The position numbers and the translations under genes were made by a program. Shown here piece after piece: positions 1 through 9,708 of a stretch of DNA of 64,000 nucleotides (the stretch's first letter is position 1; each line of letters opens with the position of its first letter). The stretch is from Acidimicrobiia bacterium (lineage in GTDB: Bacteria; Actinomycetota; Acidimicrobiia; Spongiisociales; JAHEDJ01): NCBI GenBank assembly GCA_029210695.1, contig JARGFH010000010.1, positions 1,802 through 65,801 on the forward strand. The letters are read 5' to 3'. The notes under the pieces were generated by a model that ran no database searches, was not told where the DNA came from, and worked only from the letters and a program-made list of their open reading frames with translations.

Positions 1-160
1 CTCCAATCAGCCGCCCACGAACTCGTCCTCGACGGCGAGTCCTACCGGCAACGCCAAAAACCCACCGTTGACAGCCAGCCCACCCAGGTGCCATCATCTC
101 CACGCCGGACCTGACCGAACCCCAACCCGGTCCCATCACACTGGCGAACCGGTGGTCCCA

Positions 161-436
161 TCAAGCTGGCGAGCGACACCGAGACACAGCCAACGGGTTG
201 ATCGCAAACACCCGATAACCCCCAGCAGTCAAAGCATGAACCCACAGGCCCCGGTCGGTTTCGATCCCAACCACCACCCCCGAAGGATCATCGGCATGCT
301 CAGCCACCAGCTCATGGAATCCACGAATACCTTCCAACCCTTCGGGCAAGCGCCGACTCGCCAGCCGCTGCCCTCCCTCGTCCATCACATGGACGTCATG
401 GTGGTCTTCAGACCAATCATCACCAACAAAGATCAT
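161..436 (-). mobile_element. IS110-family transposase, N-terminal (DEDD) fragment only; truncated remnant
   Basis: 91-aa ORF MIFVGDDWSEDHHDVHVMDEGG...VVVGIETDRGLWVHALTAGGYRVFAINPLAVSRCR matches the conserved IS110 N-terminal domain (IDWAEDHHDV...IETSRGL...YAINPLA.SRYR). The ORF stops after ~90 aa. No continuation of the transposase was found in any frame downstream. Confidence 0.55.
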
Positions 437-674
437 CCCGATCTCCCTTCCATCGACACAGCCATTCCTCGAGCCTCGAAGGGAACCCGGCTGCGACCTA
501 ATGGATCAGTGCTCGGACGGCACGACACCCCATGAGCGCTACAGGCACACCCTCACCAACCGGCCGGGGCACGATCTAGCCCTAGGAATCGAAGCTCCTG
601 GCGCCGGCAGTGCTCACCGGCCAGCAGGCTCAGCCACAAGACTCCCACAACCGCAGAAGCCCCGTAGACCCCCA

Positions 675-1616
675 TTAGGTGTACAACCCCTCGACTTCGT
701 TGATCGTGGTGCCGGTTGCTTCCGTGAGGCTCCGATACGCGGGTTCGAGGAGGCGAACTCCCTCGAGCACCTGATCCTTCACACCGGGCGGAAGACCCTC
801 TCGGAGCATCACGGTGATGGTGGCCAACCGTCTCCAGACGGCGGATACCCTGAAGAAAGACAGATCCTCGAGACCGTCGGGCCTCCGATTCGCGTAGGCC
901 GAGAGGATTCGTGCCGCAGTATCACTGCCCATGTAGGCCTCGGCCAGGAGAAGTGACCAGGCCAGGTCAGACCGCGGGTCGGTGATCGCGAACCCTCCCC
1001 AATCAATGACGACCGGTCCCCGCCGGGTGAGGATGACGTTTCTCGGGTGGAAATCCATGTGCACGTATGAGAGGGGCACGGCCTCGATGTCCCGAGCCCG
1101 TTCGGCGAGCCACTGCAGTGCCGGACGAAATCCATCGAGGTCGCCTTCGTCGAGCGCCGCGGAACGGCCGGCCGGCAGATCCCGGTTTGTGCGTACAGCG
1201 ACTGCATGCCGCGCGGCTGCCTCCCTGTCGGGTGTGATGTCGTGGAGCCGAACGAGCAAGCCCGTCAGCTCGTCGAGCGCTTCGTGAGAGGCGCCGAGAG
1301 AGTCGGCAAGCGGGCCATCGAGCCAATCGATGAGCACGAACGGCGCCCCCAGCGGGTCCCGGCTCTCGTGCTGCGCCAGTAAGCGCGGGGCCGGATACTC
1401 AATCTGCTCGAGGGCGCGGTATGCCGCCACCTCGGTTCGCATCGTTCCTCCGGACGGGTCGGCGGTATAGAGGCGGAGAGCGACATCATCGACACCATCT
1501 CGCCCGACGCGAAACACCCGGCACTCCCATCCATCCCCAACTTCCTCGACACGGATGACCGATGTCGGATGGATCCCGGCGGCGACGAGTGCGTTCTCGA
1601 TGTCTTCCGGCTGCAT
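675..1616 (-). CDS. phosphotransferase (aminoglycoside/choline-kinase APH-like) family protein
   Basis: 313-aa ORF. It has the HMDFHPRNVIL catalytic-loop motif (Brenner HxDxxxxN) and the VIDWGGFAITDPRSDLAWS (DxG...D) motif typical of APH/kinase-like fold enzymes. Confidence 0.7.
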   Translation of the reverse strand: MQPEDIENALVAAGIHPTSVIRVEEVGDGWECRVFRVGRDGVDDVALRLYTADPSGGTMRTEVAAYRALEQIEYPAPRLLAQHESRDPLGAPFVLIDWLDGPLADSLGASHEALDELTGLLVRLHDITPDREAAARHAVAVRTNRDLPAGRSAALDEGDLDGFRPALQWLAERARDIEAVPLSYVHMDFHPRNVILTRRGPVVIDWGGFAITDPRSDLAWSLLLAEAYMGSDTAARILSAYANRRPDGLEDLSFFRVSAVWRRLATITVMLREGLPPGVKDQVLEGVRLLEPAYRSLTEATGTTINEVEGLYT

Positions 1617-1675
1617 GATCTTTCAGCGTATCCAATCGGTCGACCATCAGCGCAGATCCCCGGATCCTGTGGCCG

Positions 1676-2581
1676 TCAGCCGCCGCTCTTTGAGAAGTGC
1701 ATCCAATCCTTCAGCGTGTTCCAGTTGCCGCCCCAGGACCACCCGATGGTTCGAAATGCTTCAAAGACCACGTCGTCCTGCTGCACCATTCCGGGGCGCA
1801 GGTCCGACCGATCGAGGTACGCCGAAGCCAGCTCGGGGAGCACCAGATCGCCCTTCAGATATGGATTGTGAAACGGGTTGATGTCTATCGCCAGCCCGTA
1901 GGCGTGTTGGGACCAACCGTTCGACCCGACGGCAGGCCGGCAGACGAAGCTGGTTGTGTCGTTCCAGTCCCCGGTCGGCGGGGCATCGATCTCCTCTTTG
2001 GTTATCACTCGCATTTGCTCGATCGGGAACCGGGCTTCATGCAGCCGTCGGAACACGCCGACCACATCCTCGGCCACGGCAGCATTCACAATGATCTCAC
2101 CGGTGTGGAACGCTCCATCGAATCCAATGTGGGAGACCGTGACGTAGGCCAGTTCATCGACGGTAACGGGGCATTCAGGAACCCAGCTCGATCGAGCGAG
2201 GACGTCGTCTGGAATGGGTGCGAGCGTCCAATTGAACTCGCTGGAGTCGGGTGGGGGAAGCACATCGGGGGTCGCCAACCGGCGGTCGATCAGCTCGGCC
2301 GGTGTCGGCCGCACTTCACCGTGCTCGTCGGGTCGGAGGGGCAGCGGGCGTGTTCCCAACCAGGCCGGCCGGGCAAACGGCGAGATGGTCGTCGTGGTGG
2401 TTGGAGCCGGCACGGTCGTGGTGCTGGGCGTGGCCGGAGTCGAAGTAGTAGTCGATTCCGCAGTGGTCGGGGATGTCACCGTCGAGACCGCGGTGGGCCC
2501 TTCAACGGCGGCGTCAGAGGTGCATCCTGCCGCGACCAATGTGATGAGTACTGCGATTTCGCTGATTCTCATATGTGACAC
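1676..2581 (-). CDS. M15 family metallopeptidase (D-Ala-D-Ala carboxypeptidase/VanY-like), secreted lipoprotein
   Basis: 301 aa. N-terminal signal with lipobox LVAAGC, then a Thr/Pro-rich linker. C-terminal SNGWSQHAYGLAIDINP motif (HxxGxAxD of M15 peptidases). Confidence 0.7.
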   Translation of the reverse strand: MSHMRISEIAVLITLVAAGCTSDAAVEGPTAVSTVTSPTTAESTTTSTPATPSTTTVPAPTTTTTISPFARPAWLGTRPLPLRPDEHGEVRPTPAELIDRRLATPDVLPPPDSSEFNWTLAPIPDDVLARSSWVPECPVTVDELAYVTVSHIGFDGAFHTGEIIVNAAVAEDVVGVFRRLHEARFPIEQMRVITKEEIDAPPTGDWNDTTSFVCRPAVGSNGWSQHAYGLAIDINPFHNPYLKGDLVLPELASAYLDRSDLRPGMVQQDDVVFEAFRTIGWSWGGNWNTLKDWMHFSKSGG

Positions 2582-2692
2582 GGTACCGGTTGTGTGTTCA
2601 TCGGCATGTCAACGGCAGCGCCTTCTCCCCCGTTCCCGAATGGCCGCTCTGTGTCCTACCGGGCATCATGTGAACGACCGAAAGGAGTGCGG

Positions 2693-4603
2693 ATGCGATC
2701 CGTCTTCAGGCCGACCGCGGCGATTGCCCTCTCGTTGGTGTTGACTGCTTGTACGGGTGCGGCATCAGGCACAACGTTCCCGGACAACTCGTCGACCAGC
2801 ACCGTTGCCCTGTTTCCCGCGCCCTCGACCACCGCGCCCATGACAGCGCCCACAACCACCGGTACGGGCCTGTTGGAGTTGGCTGCCCTCGACGGACTCG
2901 CCTTCGGAGACTTTCTCGAAGAGTCCTACCGGATCCTTCTCCTTCGGAGCCCGGAATTGCTCACCTCGCTCGGAGTTTCTGCCGATTACGGGTTGCGCAA
3001 CGATCAGCTCGATGACCTCTCTCCGTCGTATCTTCAACAGACGCAGGCCCTGGAGACCGGGATTCTGGAACGACTGCGTGTCTTCGATCGCTCCGCTCTC
3101 CTCGCCGGTGACCGGACGTCCTACGACGTTTACGAGTGGTACCTCGATCAGCAGGTGCGCGGGCATCGCTTCGCCTACCACGACTACCCGGTGCACCACT
3201 TCGTCAATAGCTACAACTTCAATCTGATCCTCTTTTTGAGCGAGGAACACCCGCTCAATACGGTCGCGGATGCGGAGGACTACATCACGCGCCTTTCCCA
3301 GATCGACGACCAGGTGTCGCAAGTACTCGAACGGCTGCAGATCAGTGAAGACATGGGGGTGCTTCCTCCAAGCATCATCGTCGCGTGGACCAGTGGAAGC
3401 CTGCAGGAGGATCTTGGAGGTACCCGGGATCCCTCAGCCGTCAGGGTGACGCGCCTGGACCTCTACACAGCGTTCGCCGAACGAATGGAAGGTGTTGATG
3501 GTATCGATGATTCGATGCGAGAGTCGCTTCTTGATCGGGCGGAAGCCGAGCTGGTGGCGTCGTTCGTCCCGGCATGGGTCGCACTCATCGACCACATGGA
3601 GGGAATCAGATCGCTGGCAGGTACGGAGGCCGGCGTGTGGCGGTTGCCAGACGGGGATGAGTACTACCAGTACCTGCTGCGTGATCACACCTCAACCGAC
3701 CTGACTCCCGAAGAGATTCATCAGGTCGGACTCGACGGCGTAGCGAGAGTGGAAGCTGAACTGCGGTTGGCCTTCGATCGACTCGGCTATCCAGAGGACG
3801 CCTCGATTGGGGACCTCCGGCACCGCGCCGCCGACGACGGAGGGTTCCTCGACGGTTCTTCGACTGCAGGTGCGGAGCAGGTCGTCGGCGCGTATACCGC
3901 GTTGATCGCGCGAGCGGAAGACGTCGCCGGAGAGTTCTTCAATCTGTGGCCGGAGGCCGAGGTGGGGATCGTTCCCGAAGCTGCCGGGCGGGGCGGGTAT
4001 TACGTGGCGGCATCCGTCGACGGCTCCCGGCCCGGTGCCTTTCATGCGGGTGTTGGTGGCCCGATCGCTTCCTATACGATGCCGACCGTCACCTTTCATG
4101 AAGCTGTTCCCGGTCATCACACGCAGATAGCCATCGCGCAGGAGCTCGACCTTCCTACCTTCCGTCGTTTCATTCAATACAACGGGTTTGCGGAGGGATG
4201 GGCGCTCTATGCGGAGAGGCTGGCGTCCGAGATGGGCTTGTACGAGAACGACCCGTACGGTGACATCGGCCGGCTCGAGTTGGAACTGCTTCGAGCGGTT
4301 CGTCTGGTGGTCGACACCGGTATCCATGCACTGAGGTGGAGTCGTGAGGAAGCGCACGCCTACATGGACGACAAGATCGACGGTTGGTCCCCTGAGGTCG
4401 AGCGCTACATGGTGCTGCCCGGTCAGGCGACCGCCTACATGATCGGGATGCAGACGATTCTCGATCTTCGGACGCAGTGGGAGGAGTCGGCTGAAGAGGG
4501 GATGCTCGATATCGCCGCGTTCCACGATCTCGTGCTCGGCGGTGGAAGCATTCCGCTTGGGGTACTGGAAGCCGTTGTCGAAGGAGCGAGCGCCTCAGGC
4601 TGA
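2693..4603 (+). CDS. DUF885 family lipoprotein (putative secreted metallopeptidase-like)
   Basis: Start at ATG 2693 with RBS AAAGGAG 2681-2687. Signal peptide with lipobox LVLTAC. HEAVPGHHTQ motif characteristic of DUF885. About 636 aa, typical for the family. Confidence 0.7.
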   Translation: MRSVFRPTAAIALSLVLTACTGAASGTTFPDNSSTSTVALFPAPSTTAPMTAPTTTGTGLLELAALDGLAFGDFLEESYRILLLRSPELLTSLGVSADYGLRNDQLDDLSPSYLQQTQALETGILERLRVFDRSALLAGDRTSYDVYEWYLDQQVRGHRFAYHDYPVHHFVNSYNFNLILFLSEEHPLNTVADAEDYITRLSQIDDQVSQVLERLQISEDMGVLPPSIIVAWTSGSLQEDLGGTRDPSAVRVTRLDLYTAFAERMEGVDGIDDSMRESLLDRAEAELVASFVPAWVALIDHMEGIRSLAGTEAGVWRLPDGDEYYQYLLRDHTSTDLTPEEIHQVGLDGVARVEAELRLAFDRLGYPEDASIGDLRHRAADDGGFLDGSSTAGAEQVVGAYTALIARAEDVAGEFFNLWPEAEVGIVPEAAGRGGYYVAASVDGSRPGAFHAGVGGPIASYTMPTVTFHEAVPGHHTQIAIAQELDLPTFRRFIQYNGFAEGWALYAERLASEMGLYENDPYGDIGRLELELLRAVRLVVDTGIHALRWSREEAHAYMDDKIDGWSPEVERYMVLPGQATAYMIGMQTILDLRTQWEESAEEGMLDIAAFHDLVLGGGSIPLGVLEAVVEGASASG

Positions 4604-4851
4604 ACGTCGGGGTCGTTTTGGCGCGGGAATCCCACCGTATTTGGGGTGATTCCCGCGCGAAAACGCTGAAGTCAGGGGAAATCCCCTACACCGGTCGTCC
4701 CATTCAGGGTTTTCGGAGGGTGAGACCCAATAGCGGCCCGCTGTCTGGAGCCGCACTATGTGGCTATGACAAACACTCTGGCCGTCGCCTTCCGATCACG
4801 GGCGGCCGCGGACACGGAACCGCACAAACTAGCGAGAAACACACAGGAGAC

Positions 4852-5553
4852 ATGCACATGCGTATAGGCAAACTCATTGCAGCGTTCGTCGGAATCATGA
4901 TGGTCGTCGGCAGCCTCGGTCTGGTGGCCGCCGGAACCTTCCTGGTCGTCGCTACCGATGATGCGGACGGATTCATATCCGCCGGCCCGGTGCGAGTGCG
5001 GACCGATTCGGCCGCCCTCGTTGGTGACGACCTCGACGTTTTCCTCGACGAACCGGTCCGGGGCGGCGTGTTCCTGGGAATCGACAACATCGAGACCCGC
5101 CTCGCCGTGAATCCCCGCAACGACAAAGGGTTGTTCGTCGGAATCGGACCATCGAGCGACGTCAACCGGTTCCTGGCGGGCGGGTCGTACTCGATCGTGG
5201 AGGCCTTCGGCGACAACGTGGTCCTCGATGACTTCGCCGGTTCGTCCCGTCTAGGAGCGCCCGCCGATCAGGATTTCTGGGTTGCCTCGACGCTCGACGA
5301 CGTCCTGAACTGGGACCTCGAATCCGGTCACTGGTCGGTCGTCGTGATGAACGAAGACGGCACGGCCGGCATCGATAGCTCGGTCACCGTGGCCGCCAGG
5401 GTCCCTTTCCTCCAGCCGATCGGCGCCGCCATCCTGGTTATCGGAGTCATCGGCCTGGCGGTTGGAATCGTCCTGACTTACTTCGGCGTGCGGAGTGATC
5501 CTCAGGCTCCTGTTGTCTCCCCACCTCCGCTCGAGCCGGCTCCGGTCGCATAA
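4852..5553 (+). CDS. hypothetical membrane-anchored protein (N- and C-terminal TM helices flanking an extracytoplasmic domain)
   Basis: ATG at 4852 preceded by AGGAGA RBS. Hydrophobic N-terminus (LIAAFVGIMMVVGSLGLVAAGTFLVVA) and C-terminus (AAILVIGVIGLAVGIVLTYF). No recognisable catalytic motif. Confidence 0.5.
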   Translation: MHMRIGKLIAAFVGIMMVVGSLGLVAAGTFLVVATDDADGFISAGPVRVRTDSAALVGDDLDVFLDEPVRGGVFLGIDNIETRLAVNPRNDKGLFVGIGPSSDVNRFLAGGSYSIVEAFGDNVVLDDFAGSSRLGAPADQDFWVASTLDDVLNWDLESGHWSVVVMNEDGTAGIDSSVTVAARVPFLQPIGAAILVIGVIGLAVGIVLTYFGVRSDPQAPVVSPPPLEPAPVA

Positions 5554-5609
5554 CAAACCGATAACGCGCAGGCGAGTGTCCCCGCCCGATGGCGGGGACA
5601 CCCTTCTGT

Positions 5610-6617
5610 CTAGGCGAACGATTTCTCGTACGTGGTCCCGAAACTGACGACCTCGAAACCAAGGCTCTGATAGAGCCGGTAGGCGCCGTGCGGGTTCTCC
5701 ACGTGGACACCGAGGGCCGCCTCCTCCATCCCCCGCTCTGCCAGTTGTCGCAAGCTGGCGCAGATGAGAGCCGTCGCCACGCCCCTTCCGCGCCACTCCC
5801 TGGCTGTCGAGATGAACTCCGTCCATCCCCGCCTGCGGTTGTTCTCTCGGTTGTCGACCTCGTTGATGAACGATCGGACCTGGCCGGCGACTCGATCGCC
5901 GTCCCATGCGACCTTCCACAGCGATTCGTCCCGATAGGGAAAGTCGAGGAACGTCTGCCAATCCTTTTCCGTCGGTTCGGAGAAGCCCCAGTGATCTCGG
6001 AACGCCTCGACGTCGGCCTCCCAAATCGTCCGCAGCTGCTCGGCCGTCACCGGGCGGATGGTCAGATCAGCCGGAAGGATGGCCTCGGGGATCCCGTCGA
6101 GGTTCGGGCGGACGAGGGTCGCTCCGTGCTGGATTGCTCGATAGCCGGCCTCCTCGAGTAGGGCCGCCCCACCGCTTGCTTGCTCGTCGACGTCGGTCCG
6201 GTACGCTTTCAACTTATCGGTGCGATGGGTGGCGGCCCGCTCTGACAGGCGGTCTTGCGCCCAACGGAGCATGGCCGTCCCGATGCCGCGGTTGCGCCAT
6301 TCCGGTACCACCTTGCACATGTGGCGGTAGACGCGGGGCCCGTCGACCTCATCCCACCAGCGGGTCGTTACGTAGCCGACCGGGATTCCCTCGATCTCTA
6401 CGAATCGGAAGTCATGTTCGAGGTCCATATGGTCGGTGTTGCGGAAGGCGACTTCGACGTCCTCGGCCGTCATCACGGCGTCGGCCTGACCGTCGGCGCG
6501 TGCTTCGGCGACGACGAGTTCGGCGACTACCTGGAAGTCGCCCTCCCGCCCGAACGGGCGGTCGCTAACACCGGCGATGTCGGGAAGCTGCATGTCCATT
6601 TGCGCAACGCTACACAA
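5610..6617 (-). CDS. GNAT family N-acetyltransferase with two tandem GNAT domains (MshD/mycothiol-synthase-like architecture)
   Basis: 335 aa. Two acetyl-CoA-binding motifs (RNRGIGTAMLRWA and RGRGVATALICA) lie in separate halves. The start may be at a downstream Met (6599/6593). Confidence 0.65.
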   Translation of the reverse strand: MCSVAQMDMQLPDIAGVSDRPFGREGDFQVVAELVVAEARADGQADAVMTAEDVEVAFRNTDHMDLEHDFRFVEIEGIPVGYVTTRWWDEVDGPRVYRHMCKVVPEWRNRGIGTAMLRWAQDRLSERAATHRTDKLKAYRTDVDEQASGGAALLEEAGYRAIQHGATLVRPNLDGIPEAILPADLTIRPVTAEQLRTIWEADVEAFRDHWGFSEPTEKDWQTFLDFPYRDESLWKVAWDGDRVAGQVRSFINEVDNRENNRRRGWTEFISTAREWRGRGVATALICASLRQLAERGMEEAALGVHVENPHGAYRLYQSLGFEVVSFGTTYEKSFA

Positions 6618-6661
6618 TCGCCAAACCCCAACCGGGTCCTTTTCTTGGCAGGCAGGGTGCT

Positions 6662-7119
6662 CTAGGCCTCGGGACTGCGGGCAGTCACCAGCGCAGACAT
6701 GCGCACCCAGATCAGATGGTCGGATTGCCGAAGGCGCAGCCAGTCTTGGGCATTATTGATCACATCCGATAAGCGTTCCCCGGAACCATCATCCACGAGG
6801 AGTACACCATCGATACGATGTCCGCCGGTGAGTCGAAGCGTGGCGGGTGTTTCGTGCCAGTAGCCCTCGAGATCGAGTGCGGATGGTGTCACCGACACCC
6901 CGCTCACCGCGGGTTTGTGGATGAGGACGAACTCGCCGTCACCATCCACAGCCGGCAACACATTGCCGGGCTCGTCGATGAGGTCCTTTACCGTCTGGGA
7001 GCCGCCGTGGGTCTGGGCGAAGTCGGCCAGAAACAGGAGTGCCTCTATGACCCGCCCGTCGGACATGAACACCTCGGCCGGGCAGGAGTGCTTCTCGATG
7101 AGAAACCGCTCGCTCATCG
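6662..7119 (-). CDS. hypothetical protein, apparently translationally coupled to the upstream pilT
   Basis: ATG at 7117-7119 directly follows the pilT stop (7114-7116). 152 aa: MSERFLIEKHS...; no recognisable motif. The track ORF extends to 7327, but that N-terminus overlaps pilT and is rejected. Confidence 0.45.
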
Positions 7120-8223
7120 GTGGCCCGCTCGGGCGAGGTACGGAGCGATCAACTCCGGGTTGAGCATCTTGTCCGACGCGTCGAGCGGATCGATCTTGCC
7201 CGCCTCGAGGAGTTGAATGATGGAGGCATCCATCGTGCGCATCCCTTCCCTCTTGCCGGTCTGGAGGGCTGACGGGATTTGGAACGTCTTGCCCTCGCGG
7301 ATGAGGTTGGAGATGGCCGGAGTGCACATCATGAGCTCGAGTGCCGCCACTCGACCCGGCTGGTCGACGCGTTTGAACAAGGTTTGAGCGATTACGGCCC
7401 GAAGCGCGTCGGCGAGAGTGGAGCGAATCTGTGCCTGTTCCCTGGAGGGGAAGACCTCGATGATGCGATCGACCGTCTTTGCCGAGTTGAGGGTGTGGAG
7501 CGTCCCGAAAACGAGGTGTCCGGTGGCGGCGGCTTCGAGTGCCAGCCGAATCGTCTCGAGGTCGCGCATTTCTCCAACCAGGATGATGTCCGGATCCTCA
7601 CGTAACACCGCCCGCAGCGCAGCTGTGAAGCTCTGCGTGTGGTTGCCGACCTCGCGATGACTGACGAGCGCTTTCACGCCCTGGTGGACGAATTCGATCG
7701 GATCTTCGATCGTGATCAGGTTGTCTGATCGATTCCGGTTGACCTCATCGATGATGGCGGCCAGCGTGGTCGACTTACCGGAGCCGGTCGGGCCGGTGAC
7801 GAGCACCAGGCCCTGCCGGAGGTAGGCCAGCTTGCTGACCTCCTCTGGAAGACCTAGGTCGGCGCAGCTCAGGATCTTGGAAGGAATGAGCCGGAAGACA
7901 CCGGCTGCCCCGTCCTTCTGCACGAATAGGTTGGCCCGGAAGCGGGCGATATCTGCCAGTTCGTATCCGAAATCAACGTCGCCCGATTCGGTGTAGGTGG
8001 TCCACATCGAAGGGGGAGTGATCTCCTGGAGCAGCGGCCGGAGGTTGGCGTCGGTGAGGGCAGGACTGTTGAGACGGATCAGTTCGCCGTCGATACGCAT
8101 GATGGGAGGGTTGCCGGCCACCAGATGCAGATCAGACGCACCATGCTCTTTCATGGCACGAAACAGATTGTCGAGTTGCGGCAAGCCGGGCCCCCCAGGA
8201 GGTTCGTTGTGAAGAGATGGCAT
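7114..8223 (-). CDS. pilT: type IV pilus twitching-motility ATPase PilT
   Basis: Walker A GPTGSGKSTT, the ASDLHL N-terminal domain and the PilT signature GKTFQIPS...REGMRTMDAS. Start chosen at MPSLHNEPPGG (alternatives upstream to 8328). Confidence 0.8.
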   Translation of the reverse strand: MPSLHNEPPGGPGLPQLDNLFRAMKEHGASDLHLVAGNPPIMRIDGELIRLNSPALTDANLRPLLQEITPPSMWTTYTESGDVDFGYELADIARFRANLFVQKDGAAGVFRLIPSKILSCADLGLPEEVSKLAYLRQGLVLVTGPTGSGKSTTLAAIIDEVNRNRSDNLITIEDPIEFVHQGVKALVSHREVGNHTQSFTAALRAVLREDPDIILVGEMRDLETIRLALEAAATGHLVFGTLHTLNSAKTVDRIIEVFPSREQAQIRSTLADALRAVIAQTLFKRVDQPGRVAALELMMCTPAISNLIREGKTFQIPSALQTGKREGMRTMDASIIQLLEAGKIDPLDASDKMLNPELIAPYLARAGHR

Positions 8224-8317
8224 CGGCCGGGGGGTCGTGCTTCTTGAGGGCTTTGCGCGGGGAAAGCGATGTGTACCGCCGCACGATCGACCAAACTGAA
8301 GGTGAGAAAGGAAACCC

Positions 8318-9586
8318 ATGACGGGCATGCGGACGTCGGCAGGTCGGGCCGGCCGCGCCGTTGGCGATGCTGCCAGGCAGGCGATCCGGGCGGGTGGTCG
8401 CGGCGTTGACCGGTGGGTGTCTGTGCATGGCCCGGCGTTTCGGCGGCTCGCCGTGACTCAGGCGGCTGCCTATGCCGGCGACACGCTGGTGGCGATCGGA
8501 TTGGCCGGGACGATCTTCTTCGATATCCCGTCGGCGGAAGCACGCGGCAAGGTGGCCCTCTACTTGCTCCTGACGCTGGCGCCGTTCGTCGTCCTCAGTC
8601 CATTTCTTCCTCGCATCTTCGCTCGCCTTCCCAACCCCTACCGGGTCGGGCTGGTCGGCAGTGGCGGTCTCAGAGCAGTTCTCACGGTGATCCTGGTACT
8701 CGTTGGACTCGATGGCATCTGGCTGTTCCCGATTGCGTTTGGTTTGCTCGTTCTTTCACGCCTGCATGGGATCGCCCGGAGTTCGCTGCTCCCAATTACC
8801 TTGCCGGAGGCCGTGGCACTCGTAGCCGCCAATTCCCGTCTGGCGCAAGTGGGGCTGGCCGCCGGGACGGTGGCCGCACTGGTTGGAGCCCTGGTGATGG
8901 AGGTGTTCGGGCCGGAGGCATCACTCTTGCTGGCTGCCGTAGCTTTCGCAGTGATGGCGTTCCTGGCCGGCGCCATCGATGCACCCAGGGCGGCGCAGGG
9001 ATTTGCCAGGGAATGGAACCATGTGTGGTCGCCGCCCCGGGTCGTGCGACTCTCGATGACGGCAACCGCCATGGTCAGGTTGTTGCACGGATTTCTCGTT
9101 CTCCTCCTTGCCTTTGCGTTCAAGGAGGCCGACGCCGGACTCCTCGATTTCGGTGCCCTGCTGGCCGCGGCGGGCGGAGGGTTCGGGCTTTCATCGCTGC
9201 TGGCTCCGTGGCTCGAGCGCCGTCTGCGAGAGGAGCCCATGGTTGTGGCTGCGCTGGCCGTTGAGGCAGCGGCTGCGTTCATCGCCGCGCAGGTCTTCGG
9301 CCTGGCAGCTGGAGCCGCGGTAGCGGCGGCGGCCGGACTGGCGTGGGGAACCGCCAAATTCGCATTCGATGGGATGCTGCAGAACCACACGCCGGCCCAC
9401 CGGCGCGGCCTGGCCTTCACCCGGTCTGAGACGTTCTTTCAGATTGCCTGGGTGCTGGGGGCGATCGTTCCCGTCGCCATCCCTATCGGTGTGCCACTCG
9501 GCCTGGCGCTGGCCGGCACCTCAGCCCTGGCCGTCCAGGCAGTCATCGTTTCGGGTTTGCTCGTCTCGGTCCGAGAGAGCAACTGA
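8318..9586 (+). CDS. polytopic membrane protein, MFS-transporter-like
   Basis: 422 aa with about 10-12 hydrophobic helices; Ala/Gly/Leu-rich spans separated by short loops. No specific family motif could be confirmed. Confidence 0.5.
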   Translation: MTGMRTSAGRAGRAVGDAARQAIRAGGRGVDRWVSVHGPAFRRLAVTQAAAYAGDTLVAIGLAGTIFFDIPSAEARGKVALYLLLTLAPFVVLSPFLPRIFARLPNPYRVGLVGSGGLRAVLTVILVLVGLDGIWLFPIAFGLLVLSRLHGIARSSLLPITLPEAVALVAANSRLAQVGLAAGTVAALVGALVMEVFGPEASLLLAAVAFAVMAFLAGAIDAPRAAQGFAREWNHVWSPPRVVRLSMTATAMVRLLHGFLVLLLAFAFKEADAGLLDFGALLAAAGGGFGLSSLLAPWLERRLREEPMVVAALAVEAAAAFIAAQVFGLAAGAAVAAAAGLAWGTAKFAFDGMLQNHTPAHRRGLAFTRSETFFQIAWVLGAIVPVAIPIGVPLGLALAGTSALAVQAVIVSGLLVSVRESN

Positions 9587-9587
9587 C

Positions 9588-9699
9588 TTTTCTCCGCAAT
9601 GCTATGGACCGTGGCAATGCACTGCATTGCGGAGAAAACGGATTGGAGTTTCTCAGCAATACTATGGACCGTGGCAATGCACTGTATTGCGGAGAAAAA
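9588..9699. repeat. tandem pair of ~50-nt palindromic REP-like elements (TTTTCTCCGCAATGC-N20-GCATTGCGGAGAAAA)
   Basis: Copy 1 at 9588-9638 and copy 2 at 9648-9699. Each has 15-nt perfectly complementary arms. They sit between convergent genes (the 8318..9586 gene and the rhomboid protease). The same element recurs at 23613 and 58357/58417. Confidence 0.65.
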
Positions 9700-9708
9700 T
9701 CTGGTAAA

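Noticed and set aside
68-535. 155-aa plus-strand ORF overlapping the IS110 fragment
   Set aside because: Lies antisense to a clearly homologous transposase N-terminus. Pro/Arg/His-rich composition typical of an off-frame high-GC artefact.
6662-7327. 221-aa version of the minus-strand ORF
   Set aside because: Its first 70 codons overlap the 3' end of pilT in another frame. A Met at 7117-7119 immediately after the pilT stop gives a coupled 152-aa gene instead.
8413-9420. Large Ala/Arg/Pro-rich ORFs (283 aa plus, 260 aa minus) overlapping the membrane-protein gene 8318..9586
   Set aside because: Low-complexity off-frame products of a GC-rich coding region. The 8318..9586 frame shows regular TM-helix periodicity.
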